Below are positions 9,622 to 19,313 of a stretch of DNA of 64,000 nucleotides, piece by piece; the stretch's first letter is position 1, and every line of letters starts with the position of its first letter. Origin of the DNA: Alphaproteobacteria bacterium (lineage in GTDB: Bacteria > Pseudomonadota > Alphaproteobacteria > Bin95); assembly GCA_022825195.1 (NCBI GenBank), contig JAJDYL010000180.1, positions 9,604 through 73,603 of the forward strand, written 5' to 3'. Position numbers and translations under genes: made by a program. The notes under the pieces are model-generated. The model was not told where the DNA came from, ran no database searches, and was given only the letters and a program-made list of their open reading frames with translations.

Positions 9622-11247
9622 TCAATAGCCGAGCCGCCGGTCGCGGGCGGCGTCCTGCGGGTCGCGGTCTTCCGCTGCGCCGTGCCCGCCGCCGCCCGAG
9701 GTCTGGAGCAGGATGCGGTCGCCGCGGCGCACCGGCAGGTTCGACACCTTGGAGCCGAGTTCGACCACCTCTCCGTCGCGCGTCAGCACGGAACGACCCG
9801 GCGCGCCGGGGCCGCCGCCTGCGAGGCCGTAGGGCGGAACCCGGAAGCGCTCGTAATTGGTGGAGAACATGCCCTCTTCCGCATCGAGCCGGAACTCGCG
9901 CCGGAGGCCGAGGCCGCCGCGGCGCCTGCCCTCTCCCCCGCTGCCCGGCGCGAGCCCGTATTCGGTGACGGTGAGGGGATAGAGGCTCTCGACCATCTCG
10001 ATGGGCGTGTTGGCGAGATTGTGCAGGCAGGCCGACAGCGCGTTCGGGCCGTCCGCGTCGGGATGCGCGCCCCAGCCGCCGACCTCGATGTCGAAATAGA
10101 CTTCCGGCCGGCCCGACCGCCCCTTGAGCCCGAGGGCATAGACGTAGCTCACCCCGTAATAGGCGGCGGATATCCGCTCCGGAGCGGCCTGCCCGAGCGC
10201 GCCCAGCACGGTGGTGACGATGCGGTGCGCGGTCGCCATGCGGTTCGCCACCGGCGCAGGCGGCAGGGCATTGCAGATCGTGCCCTCGCGGGCAGCGATC
10301 TCGACCGGCCGGTAGGCGCCGGAATTCGCCTCGACCTCGACGCCCGCAGCGCACATGAAGGCGCAATAGACCGCCGATTTCGACATGTTGAGCGTGCAGT
10401 TGACCGGCCCCGCAGCCTGGGGCCCCGAGGCGGAGAGATCGACCTTCGCCGTTTCGCCGTCGATCCGCACCTCGGCGGCGATCAGGCGCGGCTCCTCCGT
10501 GATGCCGTCATCGTCCACGAAATCCTCGAAGCGGTATGTGCCGTCGGGGAGTCCCGCAATCGCCGCCCGCATCGCCGCTTCCGACCGGTCGAGGATCCGG
10601 TCGGTCGCAGCCTGCAACCGCTCGGGGCCGAACCGCTCGGCCAGCCGCAGCACGCCGGCCGCGCCGATATCGAGCGAGGCGAGCTGCGCCTCGAAGTCGC
10701 CGCGCACCTTCTCCGGTTCGCGGGTGTTGGCATAGAACACGCCCAGCAGCGCCATGTTGGCCCGTCCGCCCTCCATCACTTTGCAGGGCGGAATCCGCAG
10801 CCCCTCCTGGTAAATCTCGCGCGCCCTGGCGTCGTAACTGCCGGGGGCGCCGCCGCCGACGTCGGTGTGGTGCGTGAGCGTGCCGGTAATCGCGATCCGC
10901 CGGCCCTGGAAATAGACGGGCTTGAAGGTCAGCACGTCCGGCAGGTGCTGGCCGCCGGCATAGGGGTCGTTGGTAACGATGACATCGCCCTCGCGCCATT
11001 CGTCGAGAGGAATGGGTCCGCCGATGATGCCTTCCAGGCAGGTCGCCATGGAGTTCAGGTGGATGGCGATGCGCGCCGACTGGGCGACATTCCGCCCCCC
11101 GGCGTCGAACACGGCGGTCGAATAGTCCAGCGTCTCGCGGACGACCGTGGACCGCGCCGTGCGCCAGATGGTCACGTTCATGTCTTCCGCCGCCGCGACC
11201 AGGGCGTTGCGGATGATCTCGATGTCGATGGGGCTGAGGTCGGTCAT
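9622..11247 (-). CDS. Hydantoinase B / oxoprolinase family protein
   Basis: From ORF 9622..11307. The start is at MTDLSPIDIEIIRNAL, whose ATG overlaps the stop of the upstream hydantoinase A gene (ATGA). The segment NDPYAGGQHLPDV is typical of the HyuB family. Confidence 0.85.
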   Translation of the reverse strand: MTDLSPIDIEIIRNALVAAAEDMNVTIWRTARSTVVRETLDYSTAVFDAGGRNVAQSARIAIHLNSMATCLEGIIGGPIPLDEWREGDVIVTNDPYAGGQHLPDVLTFKPVYFQGRRIAITGTLTHHTDVGGGAPGSYDARAREIYQEGLRIPPCKVMEGGRANMALLGVFYANTREPEKVRGDFEAQLASLDIGAAGVLRLAERFGPERLQAATDRILDRSEAAMRAAIAGLPDGTYRFEDFVDDDGITEEPRLIAAEVRIDGETAKVDLSASGPQAAGPVNCTLNMSKSAVYCAFMCAAGVEVEANSGAYRPVEIAAREGTICNALPPAPVANRMATAHRIVTTVLGALGQAAPERISAAYYGVSYVYALGLKGRSGRPEVYFDIEVGGWGAHPDADGPNALSACLHNLANTPIEMVESLYPLTVTEYGLAPGSGGEGRRRGGLGLRREFRLDAEEGMFSTNYERFRVPPYGLAGGGPGAPGRSVLTRDGEVVELGSKVSNLPVRRGDRILLQTSGGGGHGAAEDRDPQDAARDRRLGY

Positions 11248-13313
11248 GGCCTGTCTCCCTCCCGGCGCGCGAGCAGGTCGCCTCCCGGCGACATCGCGAG
11301 GCGCCACCCCGGAGGCACCAGAAGCGTCGCATGGGCCTCCTCGACCAGGACAGGCCCGTCAACCGTTTCCGGCAGGCGGTCGCGATCGTAGATCGGAAGA
11401 CGGCGCCAGCCGCCGCCGATCCATACGCGCCGTTCGGCCTTCGCCCCGGCGCCCGTCGCGGCAGGCGGCCGTATCGACGGCTTGGGCAGCAGGCCTCTCG
11501 CGGTGGCGCGCAAGGTCACGATCTCGACCGGCGCGCCGCGGTCCGAATGCGCGTAGCGCGCCTGGTGCAGATCGTGGAAGTCGGCGATGAGGCGGGCGAG
11601 CGACGGCCCGTCCGGCTGCACCTCGCCCCAGGGAACCAGCAGTTCGTATGCCTGGCCGCGATAGCGCATGTCGGCCGCCAGCCGGACCTCCCGCGCGTCC
11701 CCGGCAATGCCGTCGGCGGCAAGCAGTTCATGGCCTTCCGCGACCAGTTCGGCGGCGAGTTCCGCCAGCACCGGCAGCGCGCTCCCGTCCGCATCGAGCA
11801 GGCGCGAGCGCGCCACGTCGTGCGCGATGTCGGCCGTCAGTATGCCGCGCGCCGAGAAGGTGCCGGGATCGCGCGGGAATATCACCTCGGCGATCTCCAG
11901 CTCCTCCGCAAGGCTGACGGCGTGCAGGCCGCCCGCCCCGCCGAACGCGGCGATGGCGAAATCGCGCGGGTCCGCACCCTTCTCGAACAGGCTGAGCTTG
12001 ATCGCGGACGCCATGTGCGCGTTGACGACCGCAAGGATGCCCTCGGCGGCCTCCTCCACGCCGAGGCCGAGCGGAGCCGCGATCCGCTCGGCAACGGCGG
12101 CGCGCGCAAGCCCCGCATCGAGTTTCAGCGCGCCGCCGAGGAAGAAGTCGGGGTCCAGCCGGCCGAGCACGATGTTGGCGTCGGTCACGGTCGGCTCCGT
12201 GCCTCCCCTTCCGTAGGCGGCGGGTCCCGGATCGGCGCCCGCGCTTCCCGGCCCCACACTGAGCGCCCCGCCCGGCGCCACGGAGGCGATCGAGCCGCCG
12301 CCCGCCCCGATGGTGCGCATCTCGACCATGGGCAGGCGCACCGGCAGGCCGTCGATCTCGCCTTCCGTCACGACCGTGCTTTCGCCGCCGCGGACCACCG
12401 ACACGTCGAAGCTGGTGCCGCCCATATCGACCGCCACCAGGTTCGGCCGCCGAAGCGACCGTGCAAGCTCCGCGGCCGCCATCGCCCCGCCCGAAGGCCC
12501 GGAGAGCAGCAGCCGGACGGGCAGCCGCGCTGCCTGGGCGGGCGTCGTCACCCCGCCATTGGACTGCACGAGGTACAGCCGTGCTTCGAGCCCGGCATCG
12601 CGGAGCCGCGCCTCGAGCCGCCCCAGATAGAGGCGCACCACAGGCACGAGCAGGGCATTGAGCACCGTGGTCGATGCCCGCTCGTACTCGCGGATCTCGG
12701 GGCTGACCTCCGACGACAGGGACACCGGGATGCCCGGCGCCGCCTCCGCCAGTATCCCGGCGGCGCGGCGCTCATGCGCAGGGTCGCGATAGGCGTGCAG
12801 GAACGCGATGGCGACGGCGCCGACGCCCGATTCCGATACCTCCCGCGCGATGCGCCGGACCGCATCCTCGTCGAGCGGCGCCTCCTCGCTTCCGTCCCAT
12901 CGCATCCGCCCCTCGACACCGTAGCGCCGGTCCCGGGGAACCAGCACGGTCTGCGGCGTCGGCTTCAGGGTGTAGGGCTCCCGGCGGACATGGCGGCCAA
13001 TCTCCAGCACATCGGCAAACCCTGCATTCGCGATCATCGCGCCCTCGGGCAGCTTGCGCTCCAGCACGGCATTGGTGGCGATGGTCGTGCCATGCAGGAT
13101 GAACCCGACCTCGCCCGGCTCGAACGCCAGGCGCTCCACCGCTTCGGCAATGCCGGCAAGCAGGCCTTCGGAGGGATCGGAAGGCGTGGTCGGCGTCTTC
13201 AGCGCATGCACCGCACCGGTTTCCGCATCCAGAACCATCAGGTCCGTGAACGTGCCGCCGACATCCACGCCGATGCGGTATCGCGCCCGAAGGTCTGCCA
13301 TGCGAGCCCTCAA
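11244..13313 (-). CDS. Hydantoinase A / oxoprolinase family protein
   Basis: A 689-aa ORF. The N-terminus YRIGVDVGGTFTDLMVLD is the classic HyuA ATPase start. Confidence 0.85.
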   Translation of the reverse strand: MRARMADLRARYRIGVDVGGTFTDLMVLDAETGAVHALKTPTTPSDPSEGLLAGIAEAVERLAFEPGEVGFILHGTTIATNAVLERKLPEGAMIANAGFADVLEIGRHVRREPYTLKPTPQTVLVPRDRRYGVEGRMRWDGSEEAPLDEDAVRRIAREVSESGVGAVAIAFLHAYRDPAHERRAAGILAEAAPGIPVSLSSEVSPEIREYERASTTVLNALLVPVVRLYLGRLEARLRDAGLEARLYLVQSNGGVTTPAQAARLPVRLLLSGPSGGAMAAAELARSLRRPNLVAVDMGGTSFDVSVVRGGESTVVTEGEIDGLPVRLPMVEMRTIGAGGGSIASVAPGGALSVGPGSAGADPGPAAYGRGGTEPTVTDANIVLGRLDPDFFLGGALKLDAGLARAAVAERIAAPLGLGVEEAAEGILAVVNAHMASAIKLSLFEKGADPRDFAIAAFGGAGGLHAVSLAEELEIAEVIFPRDPGTFSARGILTADIAHDVARSRLLDADGSALPVLAELAAELVAEGHELLAADGIAGDAREVRLAADMRYRGQAYELLVPWGEVQPDGPSLARLIADFHDLHQARYAHSDRGAPVEIVTLRATARGLLPKPSIRPPAATGAGAKAERRVWIGGGWRRLPIYDRDRLPETVDGPVLVEEAHATLLVPPGWRLAMSPGGDLLARREGDRP

Positions 13314-13373
13314 CGATCGAAAATTATGGGCGTCGGCCGAGGGGCCCCGCGCCGTTCAAGCATCTGGTTGCCG

Positions 13374-13910
13374 TCAGTGCGAGTAGCCCCTGAGCCGATG
13401 GTAGCTCTTGACCTGCTCCGGCGTGAGTTCGCGGGTAACTTCGATGTGCGCAAGCAGGTGGATGGCCCTCAATTCCCCCTGCATGACCCCGAGATGCCTG
13501 GTTACCTGCGTCACGTTTGCGGCTGTCGGTCCACCCGACGCGAATAGGCCCGCGAGGTGGTGTTCCGCCGCCAGGATGGTCTCGCCCTTCGCGACCGCCT
13601 GCGCCTTCATCTTCTCATATATTGCCTCGATGCGGCGGAGTTGCTTGTCCGCAAGGCCGAGTTCCGCCTTGAGTTCGAGAAGGTGCCTCGGCCCAGGAAA
13701 GCGGTTGAGCTCTGCCGCCCGCGCAAGGCCCATGCCGTCTCCTTCCCTCAGCTCGCGGACCTCCTCGGCCGTAAGGCTCGGGATTTCGGCGCTTTGTCCG
13801 TGCGCATAGGGCGAAGTCCCATGCGCATGCTGCGCCGACGCCGACGCCGAAATCAGGGCGATGACGCAGACTTGGGCAAGAGTTCTGAGCAAGCGGGTCG
13901 CAGTCTTCAT
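13374..13910 (-). CDS. Periplasmic Spy/CpxP-like (LTXXQ-motif) protein
   Basis: It has a signal peptide (MKTATRLLRTLAQVCVIALISASASAQ), a helical body and an LTPEQ motif near the C-terminus. Confidence 0.55.
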   Translation of the reverse strand: MKTATRLLRTLAQVCVIALISASASAQHAHGTSPYAHGQSAEIPSLTAEEVRELREGDGMGLARAAELNRFPGPRHLLELKAELGLADKQLRRIEAIYEKMKAQAVAKGETILAAEHHLAGLFASGGPTAANVTQVTRHLGVMQGELRAIHLLAHIEVTRELTPEQVKSYHRLRGYSH

Positions 13911-14112
13911 CGGCCTCTCCGAATCCCATGGCGGTTCGATTGACCGCGACTATGCCCGCCCCGGTGTCCCGAAGCCAGACCGCGACAACGGAGCGTCAGC
14001 CCCAAATTACCACGCCGTAAGGATCGAAGAGCGGTTTCCACTGGAGGCGGGCGGGAATCATGAGCGTGAGCGGTCCTGCGGTGCCTCGGCGGGTTCCCGG
14101 TCGAAGCCGGCC

Positions 14113-15843
14113 TCAAGCGTGCTGCTTCGCCTCGTATGCCGCAACCTCGCTCATGAACGGCGCGGCGACATCGGCGTTGATCTTGCAATCGAGAAAGACC
14201 GGCCCGTCCGGCGCCGCCAGCATCGGGGCGAGCGCGCTCAGGTCGTCAGGCGTGCGCACCGTGTGGGCGTCGTAGCCGAAAGCCGCCGCGACGGGCGCAA
14301 AATCGACATCGGGGAAGACCGACTTGGCGACCGGCAATTGGCGCAATCTCAGATGATGCAGTTCCGCGCCGTAGGCGCAGTCGTTCATCAGCACGATGAC
14401 CAGCGGCAGGTCCTCGCGCACGACGGTTTCCAGCTCGCCCATGGTCATCAGGAAGCCGCCGTCGCCTACCACGAACACCGTTGGAATGTCGGGACGCGCC
14501 CGGGCGAAGCCGAGTGCGGCGCCGAACCCGAGCCCGATGGAGGCGAAATCGTTGGTCATCTTGAAATGCGCGGGGTCCGGCACCGACAGGTACGGCACGA
14601 TGCCCAGGAAATTGCCGGCGTCGTAAACGACGTTCCGGGCTTCCGGCAGCATCGTGTCGAGCATGACGCCAAGCGAGCGCGGATCGATCGTCCGCGCCGT
14701 GTTGGCCGGCTGGAAGTCGCCCGCGACGGAGAAGCCGTCAAGCGCGGCCATGCTCTCGGCGCCGTGCTGCGGCTTGTCGGCGGGCGCCTTGTCCGCCGTC
14801 GCTTCGAGAAGCTGCTCTACCGCAAGCCTGGCGTCGCCCACCACGGCGACATCCGCCGTGGTCCAGCGGCCGATGCTGGCCCGCGACGCATCGATCTGGA
14901 TCAGCGGCGCATCCGGCAGCGACTCGCCGAAGCTCATGGTGAGGATGTTCAGCCCCGCGCCGACCGCGAGCACGCAATCGGCCTCGGCCGCCATGCGCCG
15001 CGCCGCGGAATGGGAGAACGAGCCGATAATGCCGAGGTTCAGCGAATGGCCCCGGAACATGTCCTTGCCCCTGGCCGTCGTGGACAGCATCGCGCCGGTC
15101 TTCTCCGCCAGCCGGACCAGCGCCTCGCGCGCACCCGATTTCCAGGCGCCGTGGCCTGCAAGGATGAGCGGCCGCTTCGCTTCGTCCAGAAGGGACGCCG
15201 CCGCCGCAACCGCATGGGCGCGCGCCGGAAGCGCGGGGCGCGCCGGAACCGGCCCGGCATCCAGCGGCTCCAGGATCGGCCCACCCGCCTCGACGGCGAT
15301 ATCCTCATGCTGCACATCGACCGGCATGAGCAGTGCAACCGCCTGTCCGGTCCGCGCCAGGGCGGCGGCATCCGCCAGCGTGGCGCGGGCGGTCGAGGCG
15401 CCGGTGGGCACGAACACGCGGACCCCGGCCGCCTTCAGCACGCCCGGGCCGTCGAGCGCCTTGTAGTCGGGGCCGAGCGCATTCGCCGCGCCCCCCGGCA
15501 GCGCCGCCTCGCCATAGATGATGAGAACGGGATTGCCGGTCCGCGCGGCGAAGGAGGCGGCCTGCAATCCGTTGGCGAGCGCAGGCCCGCGCCCGACGCA
15601 GACCACGCCGAGCCGCCCCGTCGCGGCCGCATAGCCGTCGGCCATGCCGATGGCGACATTCTCGTGCCGCGCGCCGATCAGTCCGATTCCCATCGCATCC
15701 AGCGTGACCGCGAACGCCGCCGTGTCGTCGCTCATCAGCCCGAAGACCGTGTCGACGCCCATCGCCTTGATGTCTTCGGCCAGCGCCTGATAGACGGGCA
15801 CCGTCCGCATCCCCGCCCCGCCTTCGATGTCCCGCACCGTCAT
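14113..15843 (-). CDS. Thiamine-pyrophosphate-dependent enzyme (acetolactate synthase large subunit / benzoylformate decarboxylase-like)
   Basis: From ORF 14113..15897. It has a GDGGF TPP-binding motif (VVGDGGFLMTMGELET) and a GVDTVFG N-terminal domain. The start is ambiguous: ATG at 15843, or 15810 (MRTVPVYQ). Confidence 0.8.
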   Translation of the reverse strand: MTVRDIEGGAGMRTVPVYQALAEDIKAMGVDTVFGLMSDDTAAFAVTLDAMGIGLIGARHENVAIGMADGYAAATGRLGVVCVGRGPALANGLQAASFAARTGNPVLIIYGEAALPGGAANALGPDYKALDGPGVLKAAGVRVFVPTGASTARATLADAAALARTGQAVALLMPVDVQHEDIAVEAGGPILEPLDAGPVPARPALPARAHAVAAAASLLDEAKRPLILAGHGAWKSGAREALVRLAEKTGAMLSTTARGKDMFRGHSLNLGIIGSFSHSAARRMAAEADCVLAVGAGLNILTMSFGESLPDAPLIQIDASRASIGRWTTADVAVVGDARLAVEQLLEATADKAPADKPQHGAESMAALDGFSVAGDFQPANTARTIDPRSLGVMLDTMLPEARNVVYDAGNFLGIVPYLSVPDPAHFKMTNDFASIGLGFGAALGFARARPDIPTVFVVGDGGFLMTMGELETVVREDLPLVIVLMNDCAYGAELHHLRLRQLPVAKSVFPDVDFAPVAAAFGYDAHTVRTPDDLSALAPMLAAPDGPVFLDCKINADVAAPFMSEVAAYEAKQHA

Positions 15844-15971
15844 CCCCTGACACTCCCGTTCTTTTCGAGCCGCCTGCCGCGGGCAGTCTCGCCTCAATTG
15901 TTCCAGTTAGCCCGGATTTCCCGCCGGTGTCATGGTCCGCGCGGCTTCGGCTGCAATCCCGCCCGACTCCG

Positions 15972-18404
15972 TCAACCCCGCATCGCCGCGCCGTTCGGGT
16001 CGAAGAGCGGATGGCTCTGGAGGCGGGCGGGGCGGCGGTCGCCGAGGATTTCGATCTCCCAGCCGTCCTCTTCGGCCGCCAGCGCCTTCGGCACATAGCC
16101 ACAGGCGACGGAGACGCCGGACCAATGGGCATAGCCGCCGGAGGTGACGGCGCCCACGACCTCGCCGCCGCGCCAGACCGGCTCGTCGCCCATGGCGTCG
16201 GCATCGTCGGCGTCCACGGAGAAGAAGCACAGCCGCACTTCGCCCCCCGAGTCCCGCTCCTGCAGCGCCGCCTCCTTGCCGATGAAGTCCGCCGGCTTGC
16301 CATAGGCGACGAAGCGGTCGAGCCGCGCCTCCACCGGGCCGTAGAGCGGGCGGTATTCCCGCGTCCAGGAGGCGTAGTGCTTCTCGACGCGAAGCCCGTT
16401 CAGCGCCCGGCTGCCGAAGGGGCGGATGCCGTGCGTCTCGCCGGCCTCCAGCAGCAGGTCGAGCAGAAGGCGATGGTAATCCGGCGACACCCAGATTTCG
16501 TAGCCGAGGCCACCCGTATAGCTGACCCGGCCGACCAGAGCCGGCACGGCGCCGAGCGCCATGCGGCGCACATCCATGAAACGGAACGCCTCGGCGGAAA
16601 CATCCTCGTCCTCGCGGACAAGCGCCGCCAACACATCGCGCGCCTTCGGCCCGGCTATCGCGAGTCCGTTCAGGCCGGCCCCAAGCGGCGCGACCGAGAC
16701 CGACCCGTCCGCCGGCAGATGCCGGGTGAACCAGCGCATGTGGTACTCCTCGGCCGGCCCGGAGCCGACCAGCCGCCAGAGCCCGCCGCCGAGATTGGCG
16801 AGCGTGAAGTCGCCGATCAGCTTGCCGTCCTCGTTCAGCATCGGCGCGAGGCCCATGCGCCCCTCGCGCGGCAGGCGGCTCGCCAGAATCCGGTCGAGCC
16901 AGGCTTCCGCGCCCGGCCCCGTCACGTCATATGCGGCGAAGCCGCTGGTCTCCGCAACGCCGACGCCCTCCCGCACGGCCCGGCACTCCGCGCCCACATG
17001 CTCGAAGTCCGTGGACCGGCGGAAGGAGAGCCGGTCCTCGACGCCCGGCGGCGCGAACCAGAGCGGCTGCTCCAGCCCCCAAGCGTCGCCGAACACCGCG
17101 CCCATATCCGCCATCCGGTCGTGGACGGGCGTGGTACGGAGCGGCCGCGCCGCCGGCAGTTCCTCGTTCGGGAAGCGAATCGAGAAACGCCGGGAATAAT
17201 TCTCGCGGACCTTGGCGTCGGTATAGGCGGGTGTCGCCCAGGCGCCGTAACGGGCGACATCCATGGCGTGAATGTCGAAACCGGGGTCGCCGTCCACGAT
17301 CCAGTTGGCTAGCGCGAGGCCGACGCCGCCGCCCTGGCTGAAGCCCGCCATCACCGCGCAGGCGCACCAGAAGCCCGGCAGGCCGCGCACCGGCCCGACG
17401 AGCGGGTTGCCGTCCGGCGCGAAGCTGAAAGGACCGTTGATGACCCGCTTGATGCCAGCCTCCTGAAAGGCCGGAAAATGCTCGAACCCGACTTCCAGCG
17501 AGGGCGCGATACGGTCGAGGTCCGGCTGCAGCAGCTCGTGGCCGAAATCCCAGGGCGTGCTGACCGGAGACCAGGGCCTGCACGCCTTCTCGTAGGTCCC
17601 CATCAGCATGCCGCGGCCTTCCTGGCGCAGGTAGATTTCGCCCTCGAAGTCCACGACATGCAGCATCTCGCCGCCCGTTTCGCGGTTGTACGCCTCCACC
17701 TCCGGCATGTCGTCGGTGATGAGGTACATGTGCTCCATTGCGAGGATCGGCAGTTCAAGGCCGACCATGCGCCCGACCTCGCGCGCCCAGAGCCCGCCCG
17801 CATTGACAACGTGCGCGGCCCGGATTTCCCCCTTGTCCGTCGTCACCAGCCACTCGCCGCCGGGAAGCGGCGCAAGCGCCTCGACCCTGGTGAAGCGGTA
17901 AATCTCGGCCCCCTGCCTGCGGGCCGCCGCGGCATAGGCATGGGTCGTGCCGGAAGGGTCCACATGGCCGTCGTCGGCGTTCCAGAGCGCCCCCACGAAA
18001 TGCCGGGGGTCGAGCAGCGGCATGTGCCTGTGCGCCTCCTCGGCGGAGACGATTTCGGTATCGAGCCCGAGATAGCGCCCGCGCGCATGCGTCAGCTTGA
18101 GCCACTCCATGCGCTCCGGCGTGCCGGCCAGCAGGTAGCCGCCCGTCACATGCAGCCCCGCCGACTGGCCGGATGCGGTCTCGATCTCCGGGTAGAGGTC
18201 GATGGTGTATTTCTGGAGCTTCGCGATATGCGGGTCGCCATTGATGGTGTGCATGCCGCCGGCGGCATGCCAGCTAGACCCGGAGGTGAGCTCGTCGCGC
18301 TCGACCAGCACGACATCCTTCCAGCCGCGCTTCGTCAGGTGGTACAGCACCGAAGCGCCGATCACCCCGCCGCCGATAACGACGACCTCTGCATGGGTCT
18401 TCAT
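15972..18404 (-). CDS. Dimethylglycine/sarcosine dehydrogenase-family flavoprotein (FAD oxidoreductase fused to a GcvT-like folate-binding domain)
   Basis: An 810-aa ORF. The N-terminus VVVIGGGVIGASVLYHL is a dinucleotide-binding fold. The C-terminal half is aminomethyltransferase-like (SYTGGLGYEIW). Confidence 0.85.
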   Translation of the reverse strand: MKTHAEVVVIGGGVIGASVLYHLTKRGWKDVVLVERDELTSGSSWHAAGGMHTINGDPHIAKLQKYTIDLYPEIETASGQSAGLHVTGGYLLAGTPERMEWLKLTHARGRYLGLDTEIVSAEEAHRHMPLLDPRHFVGALWNADDGHVDPSGTTHAYAAAARRQGAEIYRFTRVEALAPLPGGEWLVTTDKGEIRAAHVVNAGGLWAREVGRMVGLELPILAMEHMYLITDDMPEVEAYNRETGGEMLHVVDFEGEIYLRQEGRGMLMGTYEKACRPWSPVSTPWDFGHELLQPDLDRIAPSLEVGFEHFPAFQEAGIKRVINGPFSFAPDGNPLVGPVRGLPGFWCACAVMAGFSQGGGVGLALANWIVDGDPGFDIHAMDVARYGAWATPAYTDAKVRENYSRRFSIRFPNEELPAARPLRTTPVHDRMADMGAVFGDAWGLEQPLWFAPPGVEDRLSFRRSTDFEHVGAECRAVREGVGVAETSGFAAYDVTGPGAEAWLDRILASRLPREGRMGLAPMLNEDGKLIGDFTLANLGGGLWRLVGSGPAEEYHMRWFTRHLPADGSVSVAPLGAGLNGLAIAGPKARDVLAALVREDEDVSAEAFRFMDVRRMALGAVPALVGRVSYTGGLGYEIWVSPDYHRLLLDLLLEAGETHGIRPFGSRALNGLRVEKHYASWTREYRPLYGPVEARLDRFVAYGKPADFIGKEAALQERDSGGEVRLCFFSVDADDADAMGDEPVWRGGEVVGAVTSGGYAHWSGVSVACGYVPKALAAEEDGWEIEILGDRRPARLQSHPLFDPNGAAMRG

Positions 18405-19276
18405 GCCACGTCCCTCCCTGCATCATTAGCGCGCTCTTCGGCGAAGGCGGCAAGGCGGTCGATGAGCTTCGCGAGATCGGCCTGCACCGACGCGAAGTCC
18501 GGCCTGAGGCGACGCGTCGCCTCGTCGATATAGAGGGCCTTGTTGATCTCGATCTGCAGGCAGTGGCGGCCCTCGCCGGGAGCCGAGAATGCACGGACCA
18601 GCTCGACGCCCTTGAAGATGTGGTTGGTCCGCACCTTGTAGCCGAGGCCGCCCAGCACCTCGGCGGCGACAGCCGTGAAGTCCGCCTCGCAGGTTGTGCC
18701 GTCGCGGTCGCCCAGCACGATGTCCGGCCGGCGCGTCATGTCCTCGCGGCTCAGCGAGCCCATGGAATGGCAGTTCAGGTGATAGACCGTGCCGAACCGC
18801 CGGTGGAGCCTGTCCTGCGCTTCGCCGAGCGCCTTGTGGTAGGGCGCGTGATAGCGGCGGATGCGTTCCTGCACCTCCTCGACGCCGAGCCGGCGGCTGT
18901 AAAGCGCCCGGTCGTCGTCGCCGATGGTGCGGCGGATCAGCCCGTTGCCGCGCCGGGTCTTCTCCGTCGGCGAGAGCGGGCCGGGCCAGCAGCCGTCGAG
19001 GAGCCGGGCGTCGATATCGTCCACGGCGCGGTTGGGGTCGATATAGGTGCGCGGGAAATGCGCCTTCAGGAGCGCCGCGCCCAGTTCCGGCCCCGCGCCG
19101 AACAGCTCGTCGACCGCCGTGTCCACCGCGTCGAGCAGCGTGTCCCGGTCCACCGCCGCGCCGAAATCGTCGGGATAGTCGGTGCCGCTGTGGGGCGAGT
19201 CGAGCAGCAGCGGCCGCGCCGGGCCGGTCGGGCCCAGCATGGTCAGCACGCCCGGCAGCGTACGGGTCCGGATCAC
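18401..19276 (-). CDS. N-formylglutamate amidohydrolase (FGase) family protein
   Basis: From ORF 18401..19393. Family-like segments are LLLDSPHSGTDYP and TYIDPNR. The stop overlaps the start of the downstream dehydrogenase (ATGA). The start is uncertain: GTG at 19276 or ATG at 19240. The longer ORF would overlap the FNR gene. Confidence 0.7.
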   Translation of the reverse strand: MIRTRTLPGVLTMLGPTGPARPLLLDSPHSGTDYPDDFGAAVDRDTLLDAVDTAVDELFGAGPELGAALLKAHFPRTYIDPNRAVDDIDARLLDGCWPGPLSPTEKTRRGNGLIRRTIGDDDRALYSRRLGVEEVQERIRRYHAPYHKALGEAQDRLHRRFGTVYHLNCHSMGSLSREDMTRRPDIVLGDRDGTTCEADFTAVAAEVLGGLGYKVRTNHIFKGVELVRAFSAPGEGRHCLQIEINKALYIDEATRRLRPDFASVQADLAKLIDRLAAFAEERANDAGRDVA

Positions 19277-19313
19277 CGGGGATTGCTCCTTCGCAGAAGT
19301 GCAGGCATGCGGA

